Of a stretch of DNA of 60,283 nucleotides, positions 43,570 to 52,591 are shown piece after piece. Origin of the DNA: Harriotta raleighana (taxonomy: Eukaryota); the NCBI GenBank assembly GCA_050575255.1, contig JBNZDD010013718.1, positions 6,627,058 to 6,687,340 of the forward strand, written 5' to 3'. Both the position numbers and the translations under genes were made by a program. A model generated the notes under the pieces. The model worked only from the letters and a program-made list of their open reading frames with translations, did no database searches and was not told the origin of the DNA. Numbering within the stretch: position 1 is the stretch's first letter; every line of letters starts with the position of its first letter.

Positions 43570-46500
43570 CAGAAGCTCAATGCTCAATGGTTTCTTCCTA
43601 GAATAATCGTTAGTGATTTATCATGTCATTGGGACGTCTCAAAGCATTGCTGAAGTGGCCGTCCTTCGGATGAGACATTAAATCGAGATCCGCCAGTCAA
43701 CTAACAATCAGATTTGTACTTATTGCTGGGTAAACAGAGGCTCATGGAGTAAGGAAACTTGCCTTACTTGTCGCCCTGCCCGTGAATCGAATCCATGTCC
43801 TATCACTTATGAGTATTTTCACTTTATAACTTTTTTTTTTAAATGTTTGATCACATAATCACTCACTTCCTTCTGGAACCACCAGTACATACAAGCCATC
43901 CAAAGTCGCTACCACTGCTTCACTGTACAAATTCTTCCATGGGATCTTCAAAGTAAGCTTATCTATAAAGACGAAGATAAGAGTAACACAAAATTAACAA
44001 TAGGAAATACATTAGAGCAGAATTGAGATTTGCAGCATTTTAGGATTGGTTATATAAGTGTTTCTATGCGATTCTTATATAAAATGGAATGAGAACAGAG
44101 CTATGTGTCAGTGCAGCATTGGGTCAAAGGATAGACTTCCATTCTCAATTAAGTCAATGTCACCCACTTAATTGTGGAAAGCTGTCATTCAACAGGCACC
44201 TTACCTCAGAGTGGGGAGGGGGGTTGCAGGGGAGAAGAGAGGAAAGTAGAGGAATCAAAACAGAACTAATTTTGATTAGACGTGTACTTTTGGGAGGAAA
44301 ATGATTTCCTATTGCACAATACAGTACCACACAAACACAAATCAAGCAACACTTAAACCAGTGATGCAGGAATACTCAAAATTAGATGCAAACTTGGATT
44401 GAGTTCATACATTACCCTGCACATGGTGTGCTCTATGTTGATGTAATTCAGTTATCCATGACATTATTACCCAAAACACAGCACCAGTTACATCTTGGCA
44501 ATTTCTATTTTTAACATGAATTTAATGAATTTTACTTCTTTACTTTAAGAATATCCTGGAACAAACAGTTGAGGAATAAAGCAAACAAGAGCAAAGCAAC
44601 TAAAAGGATCATTCAGGATGTGGGAAACATTGTTGCTCAAATAGAAACTAATGCAAACATCACTAAATATGCTTTGAAATTACCTTTCAAAAATACTTTG
44701 ATGTTGATTAAACAGTTAGTTAACATAAGTTATGTGGCAATGACAGAGGATATTTCTCTTCTGAAATGTCTTTCCTGCCTCTTTGCACGGAATTAGATTG
44801 ATATAGAGCTTTGTCACAAAGATTTGCCTATTCGAGTTAATCTTATGGTGGCCAGTTTAAAGTTAATACTTTCAAAATACAACAGAAACCATCTGTGCTC
44901 TGAATGGAATACCATGATCTCATTCAATTGGTTAAAGATGCAAAAAAAAATTCTGCTCGATTGCTTATGAAAAGACACAAGATACTGTACATTGAAATCA
45001 ATCTTTTGGAAAGCTAGGCGACATAAGAACCAACTTCATCTCTCACAAGGAAATTCTTAGTTCAGATAGAAACTGGCCCTGACTTATTCCCTTTCAGGCA
45101 GGTTAACAAACAATCTGATTTGCATAATCATACACATAACTGTGGGGTGAATCAAAACATTTATCAAAACAAATGTTTAAAATTTCTGGTGAAAGTGAAA
45201 GTTAGAAAGATTTAAAACGCACAAATGAAATCAAGCTGCTCACAACCTTTACTCTTCATTACTGCATCCTCTACAGGGTACATGTTAATGGCAAGAAGAC
45301 AGTGGTTTTAAGTGCATCTTTTTGCAAAGAGAAAGCCCCAAGACTCTTATTTCCTAAGAGCTTTCTATTTCCTTTCAATGCTTTAAAACTCTCCCCAAAC
45401 ATCAGCATTCTTAGTTAACTCTCACACTTCTACCTCCCTCAATATTATCTAGTTTTACTTACCTTAGTTATAATAATAGATTTGTAAACTTACTTTCTGT
45501 TTCTAGTGCAGTAAAAGTATTATTTTGACAGTAAGCCCTATAGTCATGAACAGGTCCTTAGATATGACTGTTGTACTCCTTAGTAACAGATTCTCCCCAC
45601 TTATCCATCTGAGCTTCTCTCATAGTCCAGGATGGACTGATGGTGGAAAGATTGCAGTTCCTCCCATAACACACAAACATACACAACAGGTCATTATAAC
45701 TAACCTTGATGCTGCTCATTAAATACTAGCTCTAATATGTACTGAAATCTCACTCCCTATGTGAATCTCTTTATTGTTATTGCATATTATAAAATATCCA
45801 AATAAACAGTTCAAGAAAAATATAAAGGGATATCGGAAGAGAGTTATGAACAATAGGTTGCATTGATATCGTACCTTTGAGTAGGTTAATGACTCACAAC
45901 ACTTAATGGTGATGGGGGAGATAGCAGATAGATGATGGGGAGGTGAACACAGGTGTGGATGAAAGAAGCAGGTTTAAAGGCAAGCCTTGAAGACTTAAGA
46001 GAGCAAGTTGGAGGGAGTTCCACAGGTTAGAAGCATAGAATCTGAAAGCTCAGCCACCAATGATGACAAGGATAGGGCAGAAGACACACCTCCTACATAT
46101 GCATATAATGTTTCCATACCACTAATTTGACCACCTTTAACATCCAAAAATAATCTTTGCATCCCTCAAAGAAATTGCCTCCTTCACAAGTCAAGTCCTG
46201 AAAGTAAGCTGATATTTATTTATTTATTGTATTTATATAGCGCCTTTCACGTCAGGAGGACGTCCCAAGGCGCTGTACAGTCAAGTGGGGGGAGGGGTCG
46301 GGGGAAGAAAAGCAGGAAAATACTGACTGTATATTTTTGGGCGAAATATATGATCAATAACTGGACACTGACATTTTTTTCCAATAATTTATCAACTGTA
46401 TCTCAGTAATCTTGTTGACATGACAGCATTTGAAGTGTTTTTACTTTCATTGCAGGGCAATTTCCATTACACTATCAAATTGTCTGAACCACACCAAGTA

Positions 46501-49500
46501 AACAAGGCCGTGGGTACATTTAATAGCCGAATATTACATCCTGTCCACTCACTGCCTTTCTGAAACACCATGCTCTTGTCCTGTGGCATTCCCTTGATTT
46601 TTGGTCAATATTCTTAATTCTCCCTATTCAGCAATGTGAGATTTTCATCCTACAGGAAAGATGCTCCATTAACTGCTAGAGAAAACAGCTCAATCTGTCA
46701 CAAGCAAGCTAAACTCAGCAGTGTTCATCTTGCAATTAATCTTAAGTATGGATACGCAAAGAGTCAATTAGTTTCAGAAAAACACAAAGCGTGAAAAACA
46801 AATGAGAAGAAAGTGTTAGCAGGTTAAAAGACACAGATAAATTCAAAAGAATAAGTATAATCATTGAATGTCTGCTACCTAATCTTATCCTGTTGATGCT
46901 ATGGTCCAGTATTGTGAAACTTCAATGCTACCTTTTCTGTCTTTCTCAATTTTCCCTAATTCTGTGTCATCTTAAATGTTTAAGAACAAAGAGGTTTTTA
47001 CGCTAAGGCTAGTTGGAACTTTCGGCCTCGGATTTTGATGCATTTAAATTTTCCAGCATTCACACACATTTTAAAAAGGTTTTATTAATCTGACAATCCA
47101 TCAAAATTTTAAGTGTCTGGTTTTAATGCACTTTTGCATTGAAAAGACTATCATTAAACTTAGCCAACTCAGTACCATATTTTAAATGCGAGACTGTGCT
47201 TATTAGGGATGCATTTACTACAGATTAAATTGGAGGAAACATAATATCTGGCACTTGTATCCGGAGAAAGATTCGATAATTTCTATCTGAAGCTTTCAAG
47301 GCGGTTTAAGCCCAAGGGTCCCCACTAACTCGCTAAAAGAGATTGACAGGAAATCAGAATTACAAAATTTATACAACAATGATTGCCAAGCTTACCAATC
47401 TGGCCAGCCTTAACTTTGAAAGGAGTGTTCAGATCATTCTGTTTTCGGGACAAGAAAGAGAGGAAAAATAAATCCTGTACTTTACAGGTAATGTAAAAAA
47501 CAAAGAATAAGCAGAAACATTTATCTTACAATCTTTACACTCAACACATTGGAAATAATTAAGTGTATTAAAACAGAACTCCAGAATACAGGTTAATGCT
47601 ACATTCCTCAGAACCATTTACAATACATTTGAATTGCACTAATTTCAAAGAAATTAATATAGCAACGGAGCAACTATTTCGGGCAAAATCTGTCCACCTG
47701 GTTCATCCAGTCCATCCATCGAAAAGTCCAGGCTCAGAATTTCACAAGTGAGGTTGTTGGGCTCTCCAGCACTTCTATAGCTGCTAGAGCTCAACTGCAA
47801 TGATACCAGGACAACCACAAGAGCCTGTATCACCTCAATCATTAAGTAGATATCAGGTATTAGCCAACCACCATGTCTACATAATATATTCCAAACAGCA
47901 GTCCACACAGTACTGATCGACGTTCCTGGACTAGACATCCTGTATTTGGACTAGGCGTCCAATCAAGGATTTGCATTTACAACCTGCCACTTTCTTCCCA
48001 CTATGTCATCATGGTGGCTGGTTTTCACACTCCAAATGTATGGCATTTATAGGGAAAATTTTATCCCTGTTATCTCTCTTTGACACAGTGATCATTAATG
48101 AACAGCTCTCTGATCAATTGACCCAGTACTGCTATCGGGGCAATGCTACAATTCTATCTATAAATGACTGTCACTGCCACCCCTGAATCTGTCAACTAGA
48201 GTGTTTTACAGAACCTAGTCTGCATTTCTTAACGATTTGGGAAAGTATGGTTATAGATATTGTGAAATACTGCACCTTTTTGCAGCTATTGGTATGTGAG
48301 CAAGGAATCAGCTGGTCGTTTTAGATAACGGATATGCTGAAGAATGGCTCATCATTTTCTGTTTCTCACTTACACAGGAGAGCCATCCACCCAAAGCAAA
48401 ACCACTTCAAAAAATTTCAGATAGAGGAGGGATCTCCTGGGATCCCTCCTCTATCTGAACAGGAAAACCTAATATAGTAGTTCCATTAATATATTTTTAC
48501 CCCGGTTTTCTTTTGAAAGGCAATAACAAGTAGCATTCAACATGCAATATGAAGCATTTACCTACACAGACCTAATTAACATGTTTGTTGAGCTTCCAGA
48601 GTGTGGACACTAGCAATGGTTTGGTACTTATCCTTCAAAGGAAATGTAGGAAACTTGGCCCAACCTGTCACCCTGTCTGGTTTTGAACACAGGTTTCACG
48701 CTTGTAAGGTGAGTGCTCTAACCACTGAGCTACAGGACTCCTGATAATTAATTACTGATAAGAGGGGTATCAGACTAATATTTGGAGGTTAAGCTCCAAT
48801 GAAGAAGGCCAAGGATACAAAAATAGACATGATCTGCCATTATTTCTTCCACAATGTTGTTTTTTTAATAATACTTTTCATTCTATAAGAATATATAATA
48901 ATTTGGTAGTGCACTTTTATGGCAGGAAGACGTCCAAGTCTGTTTTGTGGGCGAATTTGTAATTTTTTAAATTAGAAATAGAATATTGGACAAACAATTC
49001 AGCATAAATATAACACAGCACATTTATGATACTTACAAGGGCATTTTCTTTGATTTGCAAATTGTCCAGGACCACATTACCTAGAACAGAGTAACATTCA
49101 GTATTATAGAAAATTATTTGCCACAAAGTAGAAAATGAAGGCACCATAAACAAAGTTCTCCCATTATAAAAAATGTAAAAGAGCAAATCATTTCCTGTGG
49201 CTCATCATATTTAGATAAATAACTAAAAAATAAATGTTATATTTTCTTTCAATTATCAAGTGCAATTGTGTGTATTTTCAATATGAAAATATTCCCTGCA
49301 AGCTCAAACACTATCTTGCAAACGGCCGATATCTCAGAGCACTTCAGGGGGAGGGGGAAAAAGGGGACCAAAAGCGCGGTCGAAAAGAAATGTCTTTAGC
49401 TGTGACCTGAAAATAAGAGAAGGGGCAAGGCGAAGGGAGTGAGGAAGGGAGTTTCAACTCCAACATTGAAGCTCTCTGTAGAGACTGAATTAGAATTTAA

Positions 49501-51227
49501 ACTGAGATTATGAGTTCAGATCCAGAAATGAGGACTGCATTCCTTGAACAATCCTTGGTCTAATTCACCTCCTCCAATCACCAATAACACAACCAAGGTA
49601 AACATTTGGTTTTACTAATTTACTTTATGGTATCTGTTATCACAACGCATCTTAATCCCCTCTGTTCCAATAAAATAAAGGCCCAAATTTACTTAGTCTC
49701 TCCTTATGTATTCTCTCACACCTATTAGTGTTATTAACTTAAAATGTGTGAAGTCAGCTCTTGCCATATTTCAACCACACATGAAAACCTCAAGACATGT
49801 AGAAAGCCACAACTCAACTTCATATCATGTCACAAAACACCTCATTTAAAATTTATTAATCTTTACATCCCAACCTTTACAATCTAAATAGATTGAGTTT
49901 CAGAATTGACTCAGTCATTTGTCTGTGTGTGGGGGTGGGGGTGGGGGGGGGCTGAGGGAGAGAAATGGAGGAGTCTGATTTCAATATTATCAAATTTTAC
50001 ATGTCAGTTCCCCTCACCAACCACAATATTACGACATATTTAGTATCTGCAATAATACTGTTTTTTTTAAAAAGAGAATATGCTTCAGAACAACTAAATG
50101 ATAAAAGAGAACAGGGGGGTGGGTGGAAGGATGGGGGGGGGGTTCTTGAAGTTTTATTTGTAATACTGAGTTAAAAAACAGTATTTAATGTGTGTAGTTC
50201 CTGATACTCTGGGGCCTGTGAAATCATGCTTCTTCCTCTGATCAGTTTACCACAGAACTGCTTTGCTTAGCAATGGAGGAAGAGAAAGTATTAAAAAAGG
50301 GAAGATTAATAATTAAGCAAAATAATATATCCGGTGTTAATCTACCCCCCACCCCCTCACCCTCACCCCCCACACACACACACATTGACAGTTACAACCA
50401 CTCACACCAGGAAGGAAAGGTTCCAATCTCAATCTTAACCACCAAACACCAAACACACACTCAGATGGAGGAGGGAGAGAGGGAGAGACACACACACACA
50501 GATGGAGGAGGGAGAGAGGGAGAGACACACACACAGACACACAGATGGAGGAGGGAGAGAGGGAGAGACACACACACAGACACACAGATGGCGGAGGGAG
50601 AGAGGGAGAGACACACACACAGACACACAGATGGCGGAGGGAGAGAGGGAGAGACACATACACAGACACACAGATGGAGGAGGGAGAGTGGGAGACACAC
50701 ACACGCANNNNNNNNNNNNNNNNNNNNNNNNNNNNNNNNNNNNNNNNNNNNNNNNNNNNNNNNNNNNNNNNNNNNNNNNNNNNNNNNNNNNNNNNNNNNN
50801 NNNNNNNNNNNNNNNNNNNNNNNNNNNNNNNNNNNNNNNNNNNNNNNNAGACACACACGCAGACAGACACAGAGGGAGGGAGACACACACGCAGACTCAC
50901 AGAAAGACACACACACAGAAACACAAACACACGGAAAGACAGACACCCACACAGACACGCAGGAAGACACCACATTCACAGAGACATACAAACAGACGCA
51001 CACAGAGACAGACAGACACACAGCGGCAGACAGACAAGTACACACACACACACACACATAGACACCAGTAAACAACATGTTCTGTCCGGCCTTTTCAGTG
51101 CGTGTCTGTCTGTCTGTCCCCTCTTACCTCCCCATATTCCCAGTTTGAGTTGGGACTTGTCCAGGTTCTCCACATAATCCCCTAAAAACCTGTTCAGCAG
51201 ATCGGCGACCACGGACTCAAACACCAT
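1546..51227 (-). CDS. VPS13C: VPS13C bridge-like lipid transfer protein, coding exons 1-47 (gene-level span; 3' part lies outside the window)
   Basis: Chorein-N start [34 protein letters not shown]; 47 GT-AG exons join in one frame (5634 nt); internal ~515-aa duplication and neighbouring C2CD4 gene favour VPS13C over VPS13A. Confidence 0.95.
2306..2610 (-). CDS. VPS13C: VPS13C exon 46 (305 nt; paralogue of exon 35)
   Basis: [52 protein letters not shown]...LKLS. Confidence 0.94.
3022..3919. mobile_element. Tigger/pogo-like non-autonomous DNA transposon (MITE family A)
   Basis: TIRs cagtaaaacctcgtttatc / gataagctaggttttactg, TA on both sides; internal CA- and CT-rich tract. Confidence 0.85.
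3971..4138 (-). CDS. VPS13C: VPS13C exon 45 (168 nt; paralogue of exon 34)
   Basis: [56 protein letters not shown]. Confidence 0.94.
4523..4626 (-). CDS. VPS13C: VPS13C exon 44 (104 nt; paralogue of exon 33)
   Basis: [35 protein letters not shown]. Confidence 0.93.
5526..5639 (-). CDS. VPS13C: VPS13C exon 43 (114 nt; paralogue of exon 32)
   Basis: [38 protein letters not shown]. Confidence 0.91.
6701..6854 (-). CDS. VPS13C: VPS13C exon 42 (154 nt; paralogue of exon 31)
   Basis: [29 protein letters not shown]...ALVKA. Confidence 0.91.
7581..7640 (-). CDS. VPS13C: VPS13C exon 41 (60 nt; paralogue of exon 30)
   Basis: [20 protein letters not shown]. Confidence 0.93.
8322..8648 (-). mobile_element. 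tRNA-derived DeuSINE-like SINE
   Basis: tRNA-like head, central gtgggaca...aattggctgcc domain, L2-type tail. Confidence 0.75.
8702..8781 (-). CDS. VPS13C: VPS13C exon 40 (80 nt; paralogue of exon 29)
   Basis: [27 protein letters not shown]. Confidence 0.92.
9193..9349 (-). CDS. VPS13C: VPS13C exon 39 (157 nt; paralogue of exon 28)
   Basis: [52 protein letters not shown]. Confidence 0.93.
10386..10525 (-). CDS. VPS13C: VPS13C exon 38 (140 nt)
   Basis: [19 protein letters not shown]...[15 protein letters not shown]; tandem GAGCAG acceptor. Confidence 0.86.
10975..11216 (+). mobile_element. L2-clade LINE 3' end fragment
   Basis: TLWNSIP...FKxxLKxxLF-like terminus then tgtgaaaggcgctctataaatg(ttg)n tail; similar minus-strand fragments at ~5180-5370, 32160-32300, 45860-46070, 49330-49460. 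Confidence 0.7.
11254..11365 (-). CDS. VPS13C: VPS13C exon 37 (112 nt)
   Basis: [37 protein letters not shown]; donor chosen by phase (gtaaag). Confidence 0.85.
11914..12061 (-). CDS. VPS13C: VPS13C exon 36 (148 nt)
   Basis: [49 protein letters not shown]. Confidence 0.93.
12574..12878 (-). CDS. VPS13C: VPS13C exon 35 (305 nt)
   Basis: [52 protein letters not shown]...FKLS. Confidence 0.94.
13252..13407. mobile_element. Palindromic Penelope-like terminal-repeat remnant
   Basis: Inverted arms tcaggcagcatctatggagag / ctctccgcagtcgctgcctga and gttaatatttcaggttgatgacc / ggttatcgacccaaaatgttaac. Confidence 0.5.
13500..13667 (-). CDS. VPS13C: VPS13C exon 34 (168 nt)
   Basis: [56 protein letters not shown]. 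Confidence 0.93.
14137..14231 (-). CDS. VPS13C: VPS13C exon 33 (95 nt)
   Basis: [32 protein letters not shown]; |gtaagg. Confidence 0.9.
14373..14489 (-). CDS. VPS13C: VPS13C exon 32 (117 nt)
   Basis: [39 protein letters not shown]. Confidence 0.92.
14759..15075 (-). mobile_element. tRNA-derived DeuSINE-like SINE, near full length
   Basis: Head ggagtcc..gctcagtg..agagcactcgccttac; tail gcgctatatcaaatgcaaggattattatt. Confidence 0.85.
15126..15291 (-). CDS. VPS13C: VPS13C exon 31 (166 nt)
   Basis: [29 protein letters not shown]...ETAAKT. Confidence 0.9.
16450..16509 (-). CDS. VPS13C: VPS13C exon 30 (60 nt)
   Basis: [20 protein letters not shown]. Confidence 0.93.
16680..16759 (-). CDS. VPS13C: VPS13C exon 29 (80 nt)
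   Basis: [27 protein letters not shown]. Confidence 0.93.
17766..17919 (-). CDS. VPS13C: VPS13C exon 28 (154 nt)
   Basis: [51 protein letters not shown]. Confidence 0.93.
18300..18960 (+). mobile_element. Degraded CR1 LINE ORF2 3' fragment
   Basis: Remnants of [27 protein letters not shown] motifs. Confidence 0.75.
19093..19250 (-). CDS. VPS13C: VPS13C exon 27 (158 nt; FFAT-equivalent region)
   Basis: [20 protein letters not shown]...[14 protein letters not shown]. Confidence 0.9.
19602..19689 (-). CDS. VPS13C: VPS13C exon 26 (88 nt)
   Basis: [29 protein letters not shown]; poorly conserved linker but correct splice sites and phase. Confidence 0.82.
19955..20482 (+). mobile_element. Tigger/pogo-like MITE (family A)
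   Basis: TIRs cagtaaaagcccatttatc / gataaacgggcttttactg, TA duplication; ends homologous to 3022-3919. Confidence 0.87.
20595..20730 (-). CDS. VPS13C: VPS13C exon 25 (136 nt)
   Basis: [45 protein letters not shown]. Confidence 0.9.
20916..21385 (-). mobile_element. Tigger/pogo-like MITE (family A), inverted relative to 19955-20482
   Basis: Same TIRs and TA duplication; interior is the reverse complement of the neighbouring copy. Confidence 0.87.
21792..21909 (-). CDS. VPS13C: VPS13C exon 24 (118 nt)
   Basis: [39 protein letters not shown]. Confidence 0.93.
22661..22793 (-). CDS. VPS13C: VPS13C exon 23 (133 nt)
   Basis: [44 protein letters not shown]; weak donor gtccat. Confidence 0.92.
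23108..23300 (+). mobile_element. tRNA-derived SINE (internally deleted)
   Basis: Same head and partial tail as other copies. Confidence 0.7.
23372..23508 (-). CDS. VPS13C: VPS13C exon 22 (137 nt)
   Basis: [46 protein letters not shown]. Confidence 0.94.
23694..23808 (-). CDS. VPS13C: VPS13C exon 21 (115 nt)
   Basis: [38 protein letters not shown]. Confidence 0.94.
24176..24368 (-). CDS. VPS13C: VPS13C exon 20 (193 nt)
   Basis: [25 protein letters not shown]...[11 protein letters not shown]. Confidence 0.94.
24620..24762 (-). CDS. VPS13C: VPS13C exon 19 (143 nt)
   Basis: [47 protein letters not shown]. Confidence 0.93.
24955..25049 (-). CDS. VPS13C: VPS13C exon 18 (95 nt)
   Basis: [31 protein letters not shown]; weak donor gtctgg. 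Confidence 0.92.
25334..25466 (-). CDS. VPS13C: VPS13C exon 17 (133 nt)
   Basis: [44 protein letters not shown]. Confidence 0.92.
25548..25610 (-). CDS. VPS13C: VPS13C exon 16 (63 nt)
   Basis: [21 protein letters not shown]. Confidence 0.93.
26182..26353 (-). CDS. VPS13C: VPS13C exon 15 (172 nt)
   Basis: [44 protein letters not shown]... Confidence 0.94.
26597..26897 (-). mobile_element. tRNA-derived DeuSINE-like SINE, near full length
   Basis: Same family consensus. Confidence 0.85.
27035..27090. repeat. Short tandem repeat (aattaactgt variants)
   Basis: Seen directly. Confidence 0.85.
27243..27349 (-). CDS. VPS13C: VPS13C exon 14 (107 nt)
   Basis: [35 protein letters not shown]. Confidence 0.93.
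27842..27969 (-). CDS. VPS13C: VPS13C exon 13 (128 nt)
   Basis: [42 protein letters not shown]. Confidence 0.93.
28550..28607 (-). CDS. VPS13C: VPS13C exon 12 (58 nt)
   Basis: [19 protein letters not shown]; |gtaagt. Confidence 0.9.
29083..29163 (-). CDS. VPS13C: VPS13C exon 11 (81 nt)
   Basis: [27 protein letters not shown]. Confidence 0.93.
30017..30076 (-). CDS. VPS13C: VPS13C exon 10 (60 nt)
   Basis: [20 protein letters not shown]. Confidence 0.92.
30288..30578 (+). mobile_element. tRNA-derived DeuSINE-like SINE, near full length
   Basis: ggagtcctgtagctcagtggttagagcactcgcc head with A/B-box-like motifs; L2-type tail. Confidence 0.85.
30988..31252 (+). mobile_element. 5'-truncated SINE of the same family
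   Basis: Body and tail match the family. Confidence 0.75.
32634..32693 (-). CDS. VPS13C: VPS13C exon 9 (60 nt)
   Basis: [20 protein letters not shown]. Confidence 0.93.
32873..32982 (-). CDS. VPS13C: VPS13C exon 8 (110 nt)
   Basis: [37 protein letters not shown]. Confidence 0.94.
34928..34990 (-). CDS. VPS13C: VPS13C exon 7 (63 nt, polybasic, probable cassette exon)
   Basis: [21 protein letters not shown] resembles recalled human GRKRKKHKKHFKKPFK; phase 1-1. Confidence 0.82.
36095..36428 (+). mobile_element. CR1 LINE 3' end
   Basis: TRGHSLKL...[17 protein letters not shown] and gaatggcccactcctgctcctaattcttatgttct tail; shorter tail at ~34000-34170. Confidence 0.8.
37027..37590. mobile_element. 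Tigger-like MITE (family B)
   Basis: TIRs caggcagtcctctagttacg / cgtaacttgaggactgcctg, TA duplication, repeated subterminal gttacgac motifs. Confidence 0.85.
37593..37915. repeat. 161-bp tandem duplicate separated by a single N (probable assembly overlap)
   Basis: 37593-37753 equals 37755-37915 with one difference seen. Confidence 0.85.
38509..38571 (-). CDS. VPS13C: VPS13C exon 6 (63 nt, probable cassette exon)
   Basis: [21 protein letters not shown] resembles recalled human GTHSGEFIYGLENFVYKDIKP; phase 1-1; weak acceptor. Confidence 0.85.
39230..39800 (-). mobile_element. Highly degraded CR1 reverse transcriptase fragment
   Basis: Traces of Fx[14 protein letters not shown], VxQxSIL in correct order with stops and frameshifts. 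Confidence 0.5.
40740..40841 (-). CDS. VPS13C: VPS13C exon 5 (102 nt)
   Basis: [33 protein letters not shown]. Confidence 0.93.
43538..43565. repeat. (CA)n microsatellite
   Basis: Seen directly; others at 29450-29620 (GA-rich), 54996-55027, 55628-55652, 59762-59781. Confidence 0.9.
43867..43962 (-). CDS. VPS13C: VPS13C exon 4 (96 nt)
   Basis: [32 protein letters not shown]; |gtgagt. Confidence 0.94.
47396..47438 (-). CDS. VPS13C: VPS13C exon 3 (43 nt)
   Basis: [14 protein letters not shown]; cag| and |gtaag. Confidence 0.93.
48416..48459. repeat. Perfect 19-bp inverted repeat with 6-nt spacer
   Basis: ttcagatagaggagggatc-tcctgg-gatccctcctctatctgaa. Confidence 0.9.
49037..49080 (-). CDS. 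VPS13C: VPS13C exon 2 (44 nt)
   Basis: [15 protein letters not shown]; tag| and |gtaagt. Confidence 0.93.
50462..50707. repeat. ~42-bp minisatellite (cagatggaggagggagagagggagagacacacacacagacac) running into an assembly gap
   Basis: About six visible units; CA-rich low complexity continues at 50849-51060. Confidence 0.9.
50708..50848. other. Assembly gap (141 N)
   Basis: Run of N. Confidence 0.99.
51128..51227 (-). CDS. VPS13C: VPS13C exon 1 (coding part, 100 nt)
   Basis: aacATGG Kozak; [11 protein letters not shown]...LGIWG; donor G|gtaaga. Confidence 0.95.
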
Positions 51228-51228
51228 G

Positions 51229-51335
51229 TTGTCTGTCTGTCCCCGTGTGTGTGTGTGTGTGTCTCTGTCTGTCCCCGTGTGTGTGTGTGTGTGTCTCTGT
51301 CTGTCCCCGTGTGTGTGTGTCTCTGTCTGTCTCTC
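51229..51335. repeat. Compound minisatellite (ctgtctgtcccc(gt)n) x3 abutting the VPS13C start codon
   Basis: Seen directly. Confidence 0.9.
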
Positions 51336-51339
51336 CTCC

Positions 51340-51528
51340 CCCCGCAGCCGCTGTGACTCAGATCAAAAAAAACAGGATCCGCGCTTGCGCGATACCTTCT
51401 TACAGCTGCTCTCAAATAGCCTCAGTGTCTGTCGGTGGAACTTGTGTCTGAACAGACACATGCATGTACACACACACACACACGTAATACTGCCGCTGCA
51501 CTAAAACCACTTCCTTTATAATAAATAA
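51340..51528 (-). promoter_or_regulatory. VPS13C proximal promoter/TSS region (small CpG cluster, ETS-like GGAAGT)
   Basis: Mostly non-repeat DNA between the 5'UTR minisatellite and the upstream SINE; accacttcct at ~51506. Confidence 0.4.
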
Positions 51529-51815
51529 TCGCCTTGCAAGCGTGAGACATGTTCGAATCCAGGCAGCTCAGACGGGCAAAACCTTGGGCAAGTTCCCTTA
51601 CTCCACAAGCCTAATAATAATCCGTGTGTCTACCCCACCCCCCCACCCCTCCAAAAAAAAATTGGTCATTTTCAATCCACGACTGTTTGTGGGACGCTGC
51701 TGTACGCCCACAAATTACCCAGTCAATTCACTTTACAATAGATTATATTTACAACATATTCTGTGAAGCGCTTTGAGACGTCGATAAGATGTGAACAGCG
51801 CCACATCAAATGCAA
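51529..51815 (+). mobile_element. SINE (same family)
   Basis: Partial head, body, tail. Confidence 0.8.
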
Positions 51816-51834
51816 AAGCCTTACTTTATATTCG

Positions 51835-52136
51835 TTGCATTTGATGTAGTGCTTTTTACATCTTCTAGATGTCTCAAAGCGTCTCCCTGAATATACTGTA
51901 TGTTTGTGGGCATAACACGGCAGCCAAGTGCGCACAGCAGCGTCCCACAAACAACAACAACATCACATTTTCACATTAGGTGGGCGTCTGTAAGACACTG
52001 AAATGATCGTGGATTGAAATGACCAATTTATATTTTATTAGGGATTATTAGCAGGCGTGTGGAGTAAGGAAACTTGCCCAGGGTTTCGCCCTGCCTGGAA
52101 TTGAAACCAGGCCTCTGGCTTAGAGTTAAAGGACTC
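51835..52136 (-). mobile_element. SINE (same family), tail-to-tail with the previous copy
   Basis: Reverse-complement match to family. Confidence 0.8.
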
Positions 52137-52585
52137 GCTACCTTTGTGGGTAGAGAATGATTGAAAGTGTTCATATGCTGTTCCATGTTCGCTGTTGTTG
52201 TTGTGGAAGTGGCCACAAACACACACTTTAAGAATGAAATGCTATTTGTTTTTATAGTCTACAAAATAAATGTCACATTTCCCCAGCTTTTTTCTCTGAC
52301 TAACACACTTGGCAAAAATGACTCAAGGTGAATTGAAGCCACATTGGAAGGAAATTTGTTGCAAATTGACAAATATATACAGTCAATTCACTTTATATTA
52401 CAGTATATTCTGTGAAGCGCTTGGAGACGTCTAGAAGATGTGAAATGCGCTATATCAAATGCAAAGATCATTATTATTTGTTTGTAAACGTTTCCCCCTT
52501 TTGTTTCCAAACATGAAACTCATCCAATCGGTTGTGTGATGTGGTAACCAAACCCACACAATGGCAACAAATTCCTTCTACTGTA

Positions 52586-52591
52586 TTTATT
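52586..52591 (-). terminator. Candidate C2CD4 poly(A) signal AATAAA
   Basis: AATAAA followed by GU-rich ttgtgtgggtttgg on the minus strand; an alternative AATAAA lies at 53201-53206. Confidence 0.45.

Noticed and set aside
50273-51177. Several 150-260 aa ORFs on both strands
   Set aside because: Products of stop-free CA/GA repeats and an N gap
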